A program made the position numbers and the translations under genes. A stretch of 64,000 bases of DNA from Myxococcota bacterium (GTDB lineage Bacteria > Myxococcota_A > UBA796 > CAJQPC01), in the NCBI GenBank assembly GCA_036229005.1, contig JAZAMN010000024.1:224001-288000 (forward strand), in the 5' to 3' direction. A model generated the notes under the pieces. That model was not told the origin of the DNA. It worked only from the letters and a program-made list of their open reading frames with translations, and made no database searches. This document shows positions 17,592 to 27,400 of the stretch, in pieces (the stretch's first letter is position 1; each line of letters opens with the position of its first letter).

Positions 17592-18929
17592 CTACTGCGC
17601 GGGCGTGAGCACGTAGGGCACGACCAGGGTCCCTTCGGCGTCGGGGGGGAGGCTCCAGGTGAGGGCGCGGCGGGTGACGCAGGCGGAGAGCTCGGCGTCG
17701 GCGGGGTTCTTGAGCAGGCGGGCGTCCATGACCTGGCCGTCGAACACCTCAAGCTGCAGCTCCAGGCGCCCCTCGAAGCCGGGGTTGCGGTTGAGCGACT
17801 GGACGTAGCAGTTCTGGACCTGGCCTCCGACCGCGCGCAGGGCCTGCTGGATGCGGGCCTGGTTGCCCCGGGTGAGCTCATCGAGCTGCGGGCGCTTGGA
17901 GACGACCACGGGGGCGGGGGGACCGGTGACCTGGGCGCTGTGGACGGGCCCGTGGGTGAGCTCGGGGCCCTCCACGCCGGGGCCACTGGGGCCGCCGCTC
18001 TTGATGATGGGCCCCTCGCTGCTGACGCCAGCACCCGGACCTACGGAGGCCAGCGCGTCCTCCAGGCTCTGTCCCACGCTGTCCTCCTGGCCAAAGACCT
18101 GGCTGCGCACGCGGTCGCGGTCGTTGGCGCCGGTGTGGCCGATCTCGAAGATCTGGAGCATGGCCTGCTGGACGGCCTGCTCGGCGACCACGGGGCGCTC
18201 GCTGGCGGGGCCCTGGGCGACCGCGTCCTGGGAGCCGCCGGGCGCGGGGCTGGTGGCGGAGGCGGGCTCGGGGCGCTCGGGCAGCGCCTCGCCGGGGATC
18301 TCAGGGTCCACCTCGGCGACCAGTTCGGGGGGCTCGACGGGGGCCGGGGGTACGACGAAGGCGATCTCGCGGACGGCCTGGGGCAGCTCCACGTTCACGC
18401 GCTCGATGGGGGGCTGCTGGACCACCCAGACCATCGCCACGGCGGCGGCCGCGCTGGTGAGCACCAGGGTCGCCAGGAAGCGGGGGTCGTCCTCGTCGAA
18501 GAGGCGGGGCCGGAAGCTCACGGGGCTGGTGACGGCGGCGGGAGCGGGGACGAGCTGGAAGAGCACGGTGACCTCGCCGAGATGCACCTTGCCGCGGGTG
18601 CGCTCACCCAGCGGGACCTCGCTTGCGCCGACGAGCTCTGCGATGTCCTGGATGCCATCCTGTGCCAGCCGGCCGGTGTCGCTCCCTTGTAGACACAGCG
18701 ACCAGCCTCCTCGCCGCCGTACAAAGAGCTGCCGCCGCTCCGGGACGCGCCCGGGGGGCACCACGATCTCGCAGCTTGGGTGGGTGCCGATGCGCACGCG
18801 GCGGGCGTCGTCGAAGGTGGACTCCGCGACGACCTGGCCGGCCTGGACGATGCCCACGCGGAGGATCCTGGAGGGGGTCTTGGCTCCGCGCAGAGGTCGG
18901 GACCTCCGCGCCTTGACCTGGGTGGACAT
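17592..18929 (-). CDS. AgmX/PglI (GltG/GltJ-like) TonB-C-terminal domain membrane protein
   Basis: N-terminal ILRVGIVQ...RGKVHLGEVTVLFQ domain, one TM, Pro-rich linker, C-terminal VQNCY...NPGFEGRL...SACV...W.LP; ATG 18929 with GGAG SD. Confidence 0.75.
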   Translation of the reverse strand: MSTQVKARRSRPLRGAKTPSRILRVGIVQAGQVVAESTFDDARRVRIGTHPSCEIVVPPGRVPERRQLFVRRRGGWSLCLQGSDTGRLAQDGIQDIAELVGASEVPLGERTRGKVHLGEVTVLFQLVPAPAAVTSPVSFRPRLFDEDDPRFLATLVLTSAAAAVAMVWVVQQPPIERVNVELPQAVREIAFVVPPAPVEPPELVAEVDPEIPGEALPERPEPASATSPAPGGSQDAVAQGPASERPVVAEQAVQQAMLQIFEIGHTGANDRDRVRSQVFGQEDSVGQSLEDALASVGPGAGVSSEGPIIKSGGPSGPGVEGPELTHGPVHSAQVTGPPAPVVVSKRPQLDELTRGNQARIQQALRAVGGQVQNCYVQSLNRNPGFEGRLELQLEVFDGQVMDARLLKNPADAELSACVTRRALTWSLPPDAEGTLVVPYVLTPAQ

Positions 18930-18991
18930 GGCACAGCTCCTGTCGGGGGATTCGGTGGGCCGGTCCGCGAGGCGGCCTCTCACAACCCTCC

Positions 18992-19015
18992 GACATCAGG
19001 GCGCCCGCGCGGTTC
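18992..19015 (-). promoter_or_regulatory. Possible ECF sigma promoter (GAACC-N16-GTC) upstream of the AgmX/PglI-like gene
   Basis: Minus strand reads GAACC gcgcgggcgccctgat GTCGGA. Confidence 0.3.
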
Positions 19016-19074
19016 GGAAAAACTTGGACCGCGCCAGCGAGGAGCTGCGGATATCAGGGGCCCAGGAGTACCCG

Positions 19075-19467
19075 ATGACCGACACGCTGCCCGTGCAGAT
19101 CTACTACGAAGACACCGACCACAGCGGGGTCGTCTACCACGCCAACTACCTCAAGTACTTCGAGCGGGCGCGGGAGCACCTGCTGGGCGTCGAGGAGCTG
19201 GTCCGCCTCTGGGAGGACGACGGCATCGGGTTCGTGGTCTACAAGTGCAGCATGAAGTTCCGCGAGGGCGCCCGCTTCGGCGACCGGGTCCAGGTGCGCA
19301 CGACGGTCCGCAAGGACTCGGCCTACCGCCTGGTGTTCGTGCAGCAGATCTGGCGGCCCGAGGGCAAGCAGCCGATGGTCGACGGGCTGGTGGAGCTGGC
19401 CTGCGTGGACCGCGACGCCAAGCTGATCCCGCTGCCCCAACTCGTACTGGACCGGCTGGGGGCCTGA
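19075..19467 (+). CDS. ybgC: YbgC/FadM family acyl-CoA thioesterase
   Basis: IYYEDTDHSGVVYHANYLKYFERAR signature; AGGAG SD. Confidence 0.85.
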   Translation: MTDTLPVQIYYEDTDHSGVVYHANYLKYFERAREHLLGVEELVRLWEDDGIGFVVYKCSMKFREGARFGDRVQVRTTVRKDSAYRLVFVQQIWRPEGKQPMVDGLVELACVDRDAKLIPLPQLVLDRLGA

Positions 19468-20097
19468 GTGAGCCCGCAGGAGCTCGACGAGGCGATCATC
19501 GTCGTCGGGATCACCGGCATGATGGGGGTGATGGCCGGCGGGCTCTGGTGGGTGCAGCAGCGCAAGCGCCGCAAGGCGGAGGCCGAGCTGGACGCCGGAG
19601 AGCTGGTGGTGGCCCTGCAGTCCAAGCTGCGCGTGGTGGTGGGCACCCTGGGGCTGCTCGCCGCGGTGGGCCTGCTGATCCCGCTCTTTGTGGCCTTCGA
19701 CCCCCAGCACGAGCACGGCCTGGAGCTGATGCTCTCGGTGGGCTTCCTGTCCGCGGCCGGGCTGGGCGTGATGCTGGGCACGGACATGCTGGCCGGGGGC
19801 GCCCTGGAGCTGCGCGCGGGTCAGCTCATCCGCCGCTGGGGCAAGGAGCCGCCGCAGGTGATCGACCTGAACGCGCCGGTGGAGTGGACCCTGTGGCAGA
19901 CGGCCATCCAGGGCCGCCCGGTGCAGGTGATGACGCTGCGGCAAGGAGAGGCGGAGATCTGCCTGAACTGCTTCGACGACACCGCGATCGGGCCGCCCGG
20001 TCCCATGAAGGGCGACTCGATGGGGGCCAAGGGGATGGCTCTGTGGGAGCGCCTCAAGGTCCACCTCCGGAGCACCCCGGCCCCTGGGGATCCCTGA
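19468..20097 (+). CDS. Hypothetical membrane protein (3 TM plus soluble C-terminal domain)
   Basis: Starts immediately after ybgC stop; three hydrophobic segments. Confidence 0.65.
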   Translation: MSPQELDEAIIVVGITGMMGVMAGGLWWVQQRKRRKAEAELDAGELVVALQSKLRVVVGTLGLLAAVGLLIPLFVAFDPQHEHGLELMLSVGFLSAAGLGVMLGTDMLAGGALELRAGQLIRRWGKEPPQVIDLNAPVEWTLWQTAIQGRPVQVMTLRQGEAEICLNCFDDTAIGPPGPMKGDSMGAKGMALWERLKVHLRSTPAPGDP

Positions 20098-20106
20098 GAT
20101 CCGTGT

Positions 20107-21129
20107 TCAGGCGAGGTGCTGCTGTAGCGCCTGCTGCCGCTCGCGGGGGAGCTTGGAGAACGCGGGGTGGCGGGTGAGCTCGCGGGCGGACTCCAGGTCT
20201 CCGGCGGCCAGGTGCGCCAGGGCGCAGGCTTCGATCAGGCGGGGGGTCTGGGTGGCGCGGTGGGCCAGGCGCAGGCACTCGCTGCCCTGCCCGAAGCGCT
20301 GGGCGGCCACGGCGATGATCTCCCAGGCGTCGGACTCCATCCGCTCGGTGGTGGGTCCCATGCCGCGCGCCATGTAGGCCAGGCGCTGGGCCTCCTTGTG
20401 GTCTCCGCTCTGCAGGGCCTGCTCGGCCTCCTTGAGGAGGCTGGGGGTCTCGGTGTTCCGGCGACGGGCCGCGGGCGCCTGGCCCACGCCGCGCAGGTTC
20501 TGGACGTTCTGCCAGCCCCACATGCCGGCCAGGATGGCCATGAAGAAGCTGCCGCCGCTCAGGGCCAGCCCCAGCCCCGCCACGCAGAGGGCGATGGAGA
20601 TGCCGTGGGTGATGCGCGCGCCCCAGGTGGGGCCCAGCAGGCGCATGAGGGCCAGGCGGGTGAGCTTGCCGCCGTCCATGGGGTAGAGGGGCAGCAGGTT
20701 GAACAGGGACCAGACCACACCGATCCACAGCATGTTGGTCAGGAAGACCTCCCACGCGTGGGGGAAGGGGAGGACCCCGCGCAGGCCCAGGAAGTAGGGC
20801 ACCGCGCTCAGCGCCGCGAGCAGCAGCCCGGCGCCAGGGCCCGCGGCGACCAGCAGGGCCTCTCGACCGTCCGAGGTGGCGCGCTGGTGGAAGGTGGCCC
20901 CGCCCATACCGTGCAGGATGATGCTGGGGTTCAGGCCCTGGAATTTGGCGACGAGGCCGTGGCCGAGCTCGTGGACCATCAGCGAGAGGGTCATGGCCAG
21001 GGCGAACATGAGCATCTCCAGAGGAGAGCCCATGGAGTAGGAGAAGAAGCCCACCAGCACGAGGTACCAGACGGACAGGTGGATCGGGATGCCGAAGAGG
21101 CTGCCGACGCGGAAGCTGCCTTGAGTCAT
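20107..21129 (-). CDS. Site-2 protease (M50) with TPR-like C-terminus
   Basis: HELGH, AAGP, NLLPLYPMDGG. Confidence 0.9.
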   Translation of the reverse strand: MTQGSFRVGSLFGIPIHLSVWYLVLVGFFSYSMGSPLEMLMFALAMTLSLMVHELGHGLVAKFQGLNPSIILHGMGGATFHQRATSDGREALLVAAGPGAGLLLAALSAVPYFLGLRGVLPFPHAWEVFLTNMLWIGVVWSLFNLLPLYPMDGGKLTRLALMRLLGPTWGARITHGISIALCVAGLGLALSGGSFFMAILAGMWGWQNVQNLRGVGQAPAARRRNTETPSLLKEAEQALQSGDHKEAQRLAYMARGMGPTTERMESDAWEIIAVAAQRFGQGSECLRLAHRATQTPRLIEACALAHLAAGDLESARELTRHPAFSKLPRERQQALQQHLA

Positions 21130-21149
21130 GCCCCTGCTGTATCCGACTC

Positions 21150-22166
21150 TCAGGTGGGGGTGTCGATCTGGTCCCAGTCGGCGTCGTGCCAGCCGCAGAT
21201 CCAGTTCAGGGCGGTGTGGCGCTCCAGGATCACGGAGCCGTCCAGGTCCGCGGGCATGGGGGTGCCGCTCCGGTGGGCCTCACGCACGGCCCAGTGCAGG
21301 CGCAGGTGCAGGTCCAGGGAGTCCAGGAGCTGGGTCTCCGGGCGCAGGGTGGCCTGCTGCACCATCGTTGTGGGCCCGATGCCCAGGATGCAGCCGGAGA
21401 GGGTGGCCGCGTCGGCGGTCTCGGTGGGGAAGGGCAGGTCCTGGAGGCCGATGGCCCAGAGCATGGTGCGCAGGGACTCGTAGCGCCAGAGGTGGTTGAC
21501 CAGGTCCTGGCGGCTGGGGCTGGGCTCGCTGAGGAAGAGGGCCTCGGCGGGTGAGAAGTCGGCGTCCGGCAGGCGCGCGCAGATCTCGGTGGCGGAGGGG
21601 CCATCGCCGCTGTGCACGACCTCGGCGTGGAGGGCGACGGCCAGCAGGGCCTGGGCGCGCTGGGCGATCTCCTGGGCGGAGCGGGGGGCGACCTCGCCGG
21701 CTCCGCACACGGGGGGCAGGCTCTCCGCGAAGGGGATGCCCATGCGCTTGAGCTTGTCCTCGTTGATGGACTTCCGGGCCCACGCGTCTGGAGGATGGGG
21801 CACCTGGGCCTGGGGGTGGGAGGCCCCCTGTGCGGACACCAACACCAGCCCGCTCGGGTCCCGGACGCTGCCGTCGGTGAGGAAGATCAAGGCGTTGGCG
21901 CGCATGGCCCAGTCGCTCATCTCCTCCAGGGCGTCGGCGTCCACCTGCACGGAGACGTGGTGCTGCACCTTCTGCAGGTGCTCCAGGGTGGCCCAGAGGG
22001 GGGCGGTCATGGGCCGCGTGCCCTTCTGGGTGAGGTAGCCGGCGAAGCCCTCCAGGTGCTCGGCCAGGTCGGGATCCTGGCTGTCGCGGTGGCCCAGCAG
22101 GGTGTGGGGGAAGTCCAGCACGGGCGGCTCCCACAGCGAGCTGTAGAGGTTCACGGGGTGGCTCAT
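21150..22166 (-). CDS. DUF4272-type protein
   Basis: R...EIAQRA, WRYES...LWA, LD.H.RLHWA, ERHTALNW, WDQIDTPT C-terminus; start overlaps pbpC stop. Confidence 0.75.
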   Translation of the reverse strand: MSHPVNLYSSLWEPPVLDFPHTLLGHRDSQDPDLAEHLEGFAGYLTQKGTRPMTAPLWATLEHLQKVQHHVSVQVDADALEEMSDWAMRANALIFLTDGSVRDPSGLVLVSAQGASHPQAQVPHPPDAWARKSINEDKLKRMGIPFAESLPPVCGAGEVAPRSAQEIAQRAQALLAVALHAEVVHSGDGPSATEICARLPDADFSPAEALFLSEPSPSRQDLVNHLWRYESLRTMLWAIGLQDLPFPTETADAATLSGCILGIGPTTMVQQATLRPETQLLDSLDLHLRLHWAVREAHRSGTPMPADLDGSVILERHTALNWICGWHDADWDQIDTPT

Positions 22167-24451
22167 GGACTCTCCTGGGAGCGCCCGACCCAGATCTGGA
22201 TCTGGTCGAGCTCGGCGCCGGACTGGCGCAGGGTGATGGTGTGCGGGCCGGCGCTGGGGATCCACCGGGTGGACCGATGGGGCTCGGCGCTGGCCAGCAG
22301 CTCCTGATCTACGTACCACTCCAGAGGCGCGGGGGCGTCCACTGCAGCGCGCAGGTGCAGGGCCTGCTGATCGAGGGGGCGGTCGGACTCCAGGTAGAAC
22401 ACGGCGTCCGGGGCCGGGCTGGTGATGCGCCCGAGGCTGGCCTGCTGGGGCGCGCTGGTGTCCACGCACGAGCGGTCCAGCGTGGGCCAGGCGTCCTGTC
22501 CGGTGGCCTGGGCCCAGCTCCGGTAGCGCGTGGGGTAGCGCAGCAGGAGGGTCGGGGAGGAAGAGGGACAGCCGGTGGCCAGGCTGCCATCCGCACCGAT
22601 CTGGGCTTGGACCCACCAATCATCAGGCTCCAACGGGATGGTCCCAGCGAGGAACAGCTCGCTGCGGACGCGGGGGCACTCGGGGCTGGGGGCCATGCCG
22701 CTGGGCAGGCAGATGGGGGCCCGGACCACGCCGGGCGGGCGCTTGAAGGCGGGGGTGTCCGGGCCGTGCAGTCGCTCGGCGATGGCGCGCATGAGGGGGG
22801 CGGCGCCGCTGACGCCGGAGATCTGGACCATGGGGCGGCCGTCGAAGTTGCCCACCCATACGGCCACGACGTAGCGGGGGCTGACCCCGACGGCCCAGTT
22901 GTCCCGCCACCCCACGGAGGTGCCGGTCTTGGTGGCCCAGGGGAACTCGGGCTCCAAGGCGGAGTCTGCGCCGAAGGCGGGCGCGCGGGCGTCCGGGTCG
23001 TCCAGGGCGTGCTGCACGAGGAACCAGGAGGCGGGGGTGCCGATCTGCTGGGGGGCCGGCTGCTCGGTGGGCTGGAGCTGCAGAGGCTTGTGGACGCCCT
23101 GGCGCCCCAGGGTGGCGTAGGCCGCGGCGAGCTCGCTCAGGGTGACCTCGCCGGCGCCGAGGACCAGTCCCAGTCCGTAGTGGGCCGCGCGTTTGTCGAG
23201 GTGAGCCATGCCGAGCGCCTGCAGGCGCGTGTGGAAGCTGGCCAGCCCCACCTCCTCCAGCAGCCGGACCGCGGGGAGGTTCCGGGAGGTCGCGAGGGCG
23301 ACGCGGGCGCGCAGAGGGCCCAGGTCCCGCTCGTCGTAGTTTCGGGGCTGCCAGCTCCCGTGGCTGTTGCTCCAGGTGCCGGGGGCGTCGTCCAGCAGGG
23401 TGGCCAGGGTGATGTCCTGGCGCTGGAGGGCCTGCTGGTACAGGAAGGGCTTGAGGGTGGACCCGGGGCTGCGGGGCGCGTTGGCGCCGTCGACCTGTCC
23501 GTCTGGGCTGTCCCAGCCCGCCGAGCCGACGTAGGCCAGGACCTGGGAGCTCTGGGTGTCCAGGACGATCGCGGCGGCCTGGTCGACCTGTCGCCCCTGG
23601 AGGCTGGACAGGTGCTCGCTCAGCAGCTCCTCCACCAGGAGCTGGATGCCCAGATCCAGGGTGGTGGGGTTGTCCCCGGGCTGGAGGGAGAGGCGCTGGA
23701 CAAAGTGGGGGGCGTGGGCCGCCGGTGGGCCCGTCTGCAGGCGCAGGGGCTCGGCCAGGGCTGCCTGGTGCTCGACTGGGGAGAGGAAGCCCAGGGTGAG
23801 CATACGGTCCAGGACGCGGTCGCGCCGGGCCAGGGCTGCCTTTGGAGCGCGGAAGGGATCCAGCTCCGACGGGCGCTGGACCAGACCGGCGAGCATCGCG
23901 GCCTGCGCCACCGAGAGGCGGCTGGGGGCGCTGTCGAAGTACACCCGGGACGCGGCGTCCACGCCCCAGGCCTGGTGACCGAAGTAGACGCGGTTGGCGT
24001 ACTCCACCAGGAGCTGGTCGCCGAGCTGGGCGTTCAGGCGCAGGGCCCACGCGGCCTCCCAGAGCTTGCCGCGCAGGCCGGGGGGCCGGGGCCAGAGGTT
24101 CCGGGCGAGCTGCATGGCCAGGGTGCTGCCGCCCTGCACCCGATCTCCCGCCCGCTGGTTGGCCCGGGCGGCCCGCAGCACGGCGATCGGGTCCACGCCG
24201 GGGTGCTTCCCGTAGCGGTGGTCCTCGGCCGCGAGCAGGGCCAGGCGGAGCGGCTCGGGCAATCGCTCGATCGGCGCGCCGACGACCCCCTGGCCGGTGC
24301 CGGGCTCCGCGATGACCACGCCGTGGCGGTCCAGCACCACGGGGCGCTGGGGTGGGTCCGGGAGCGCCACGGGCAGCGCGCACCACCCCACCACCAGGAG
24401 CAGGAGGCCGCCCACTGCGGCCCCCCCACGTCTCAGCCAGGGAGCGCACAC
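22163..24451 (-). CDS. pbpC: Penicillin-binding protein 1C
   Basis: Transglycosylase AEDHR, GGSTLAMQLAR; transpeptidase STLK, SRN, KTGT; C-terminal BiPBP-type domain; directly downstream of alpha-2-macroglobulin. Confidence 0.9.
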   Translation of the reverse strand: MCAPWLRRGGAAVGGLLLLVVGWCALPVALPDPPQRPVVLDRHGVVIAEPGTGQGVVGAPIERLPEPLRLALLAAEDHRYGKHPGVDPIAVLRAARANQRAGDRVQGGSTLAMQLARNLWPRPPGLRGKLWEAAWALRLNAQLGDQLLVEYANRVYFGHQAWGVDAASRVYFDSAPSRLSVAQAAMLAGLVQRPSELDPFRAPKAALARRDRVLDRMLTLGFLSPVEHQAALAEPLRLQTGPPAAHAPHFVQRLSLQPGDNPTTLDLGIQLLVEELLSEHLSSLQGRQVDQAAAIVLDTQSSQVLAYVGSAGWDSPDGQVDGANAPRSPGSTLKPFLYQQALQRQDITLATLLDDAPGTWSNSHGSWQPRNYDERDLGPLRARVALATSRNLPAVRLLEEVGLASFHTRLQALGMAHLDKRAAHYGLGLVLGAGEVTLSELAAAYATLGRQGVHKPLQLQPTEQPAPQQIGTPASWFLVQHALDDPDARAPAFGADSALEPEFPWATKTGTSVGWRDNWAVGVSPRYVVAVWVGNFDGRPMVQISGVSGAAPLMRAIAERLHGPDTPAFKRPPGVVRAPICLPSGMAPSPECPRVRSELFLAGTIPLEPDDWWVQAQIGADGSLATGCPSSSPTLLLRYPTRYRSWAQATGQDAWPTLDRSCVDTSAPQQASLGRITSPAPDAVFYLESDRPLDQQALHLRAAVDAPAPLEWYVDQELLASAEPHRSTRWIPSAGPHTITLRQSGAELDQIQIWVGRSQESP

Positions 24452-24452
24452 C

Positions 24453-27400
24453 TCAGCGGGTGGCCACAGCAGGGGTGCCGACCACGAACTGGTCGCTGCC
24501 GGTGCGGCCGAAGACTTCGGGGGCGTACATCTGCTCGACCGTGGCGGCCGGGTGGCTGTAGGTCCCTGGGGTCGTGGCGCGGGCCATGTAGGTGTAGGTG
24601 TGCACGCCGGCGGGCATCCAGTCCGCGTAGAGCATCACGCCCTGGTCGCGCAGCTCCCGGTGGTTGAAGACCCAGTCCGACCAGGTGCGCTCCGCCGCGG
24701 GGCCGGTGTCCCACATGCTCCAGGAGTCCTGACCGCCCGCGTCCATCGCGCTGGCGGTGGTGGCGAAGGCCGTGTTGACGGGCTCCAGGCCAGCGGGGAG
24801 GGGGTCCACCACGGCCACGAAGCTGCGCTCGACCGGGGTGCTGATGGTCAGGGTGACCTGCACCAGGCTGCCGGGGGTGACGGCGCCGGTGCTGCCGCTG
24901 CCCTCCAGCACCACCATCTGGCGGCGCAGGGTGAAGCCCTCGTCCCGGGGAGGGGCCTGCTCCAGGCCGTAGCTCAGGCGGGCCTCCCAATAGACCATCC
25001 CCTGGGGCTCGATGATCAGGTCTCCGGAGCTCAGGCTCTCCAGGGGGAGCTCCAGGACCTGGGGCTGGGCGCTCTGGAACTCGAACTCGGCCAGGCTCTG
25101 CTTGTCCAGCGCGATGCGGACCGAGCGGGCCAGGCCTTCATGCTCGGCGTAGGCGGCGTAGTCCGCGAGCGCCTGGAGGCTGAGCAGGGTGGTGTAGGTG
25201 TTGCCCCAGCGCGCGAGGCGGCGTCCCCCCACGAGCCCCTGGACGAGGCGGGGGAGCAGGGGGTTCTCGGGGTCGGCCACCAGCAGGGCGCGGACCAGGG
25301 CGGCGGTGGGGGCGGCGTCTCCCTCCCACAGGGCGAGGGCGCGGCTGCCCGGGTCAGAGGCCACGGTCGCGCTGGCCGCCTGGATGTCCAGGTGGCCCTG
25401 CAGCTCGGTGACCAGGCGCAGGGTGCGGGGGTCCGCGCCGGTGGTGCGCGCGATGGACTCCGCGAGGCCCGCCCGGGCGCTGAGGCTGAGCTGCTGGCGC
25501 TCGGCGAACAGCGCGCTGTTCACGCCGGGGTCCCCGTGGCCGATGCGGGCCAGGGTCAAGGCCACGCGGGCGTGGGCGTCCCGCTTGGTCTGCTCGGACC
25601 ACCAGTAGGGGGTGTAGGCCCCGTCCAGGAAGTCCCGCAGGAAGGCCACGGCCTCCGCGTCGACCTCCTGTCCGGCGCGGTGCTGCGCTTCCAGGGCGTG
25701 GGCAGTGGCCAGGGCGCTGGGCTCGGAGGCCCCCGGCCACATGGTGTAGCCGCCGCTGGGGTGGCGGAAGCGGCCCAGGCGGGAGAGCTCGCCCTCCCGG
25801 ATCTCCTGGATCTGTGCGCTGTCCCAGGCCAGCTCGAGCTGGGGATCCAGCTCCTGCGCCAGCACGGAGGCCATGAGTCGGGTGGAGGTCTGCTCCAGGC
25901 AGTGGTGGGGGTAGTCCAGCAGGTAGTCCAGTGAGTCCTCGCTCCCGACCAGCGCGGTGGGGGAGGCCTTGATGCTGAGGCCGCCGACGCCGGGCTGCAC
26001 GCCCTCGGGCAGGGCGAAGGGCTGGACCTGCCGCTCGCTGCTCGCGCCGGCGGTGGCCATGGTCTCCACGGGTCGGGGCCGGGCGACGGGCAGGCTCACC
26101 CGCACTGCGTCCTGGTCGTCGCCGGCCGAGACGGAGAACTCCAGGCTGGCGTCGCCGAGCTGGGCCTGGTCCAGGCCGAAGGGGACCTCCAGCGAGCCGT
26201 GGGCGGGCACGGTGACGGTCTTGGGGCTGCCCTGCAGCTCAAGGCCGGTCGCCGAGGCGTTCACCACGACCTCGCGGTCCTGGTCACGGTTGTTGTGGAC
26301 CACCACGCCGGCGATCGCGGCGTCGCCGCTGCGCAGGAAGCGGGGGAGCGCGGGGTTGGCCAGCAGGGGCCGGCTGACCTGGAGCTCCTGCTCGGCGCTG
26401 CCGAAGTGCTCGGCCCCGGAGTCCACCACGGCCATGACGCGGAAGGTGGTCAGGTTGTCGGGCAGGGTGAAGCTGTGCACCAGCGTGCCGTCCGCGCCGG
26501 TCTCCAGCTCGGCCTCCCACAGGGGAGTGGTCTGGAAGCGTGAGCGCAGTGCGGCGCTGCCGCCGTCTCCACCGGCCGGCGCGCCCTTGGCCAGCAGCGC
26601 CCCGCGGTCCAGCACCCGGGTGCGGGTGTCCGCGGTGAGCACGTGGAGCTGGCGGGGGCCCCAGAACTCCCGGAAGGGGGCCGGGGTCTGGTAGTCCGTG
26701 AGGCTGAGCACGCCGTGGTCGACGGCGTACAGCACGACGCGTGCTTGGGCGGCTGGCGCCTCGCCCGCCTGGGCCTTGAGCGTGACGGTCACCTGCTCGC
26801 CGGGCTGGTAGGTCTGCTTGTCCGTGCCCAGGTCCACGCTGAGCTCGCGGTCGGCGGCGCTCACGGCCAGCTCGGTGTAGCCCAGGTAGTGCGCGGGCAT
26901 GCCGGCGTCCGGGCTGTCGGAGGGGGGCGCCCCCTCGGTCAGGACCACGGACACGAAGAGGTTGGGCGCGTGCTCGGCGGTGATGGGCACGCTCAGGGTC
27001 TCGGCCTGCGTGGCCAGCTTGACCACGCGCTGCTCCAGCACCCCCTCGCGCTCCAGGGTGACCCAGGCCATCAGCCCCTCCTTGGGGGCCTTGACCAGGA
27101 TCTGGGCGGTCTCGCCGGGCTCGTAGGTGCGCTTGTCGGGGACCAGCTCGACCTGGTCGTCGTCGCCGCGGGCCCAGGACGCGCCCGGACCAGCCACGTA
27201 CATGCCCAGCTCGCTGGCGGTGGCCCGGCCCTGCGCGTCCTTCGCGCTGGCCTTGACCACGTAGTAGCCACCCTGGGGCGGCACGAAGCTCACGCGCTCG
27301 GCCTGCTTGCCGCTCTTGGCGGTCAGGCTCTCCACCGGGGTGTCCACCGGGTTGGAGGTCCAGGTCCAGCGCCCATCCATGCCCTTCTCGCGGACCACAT

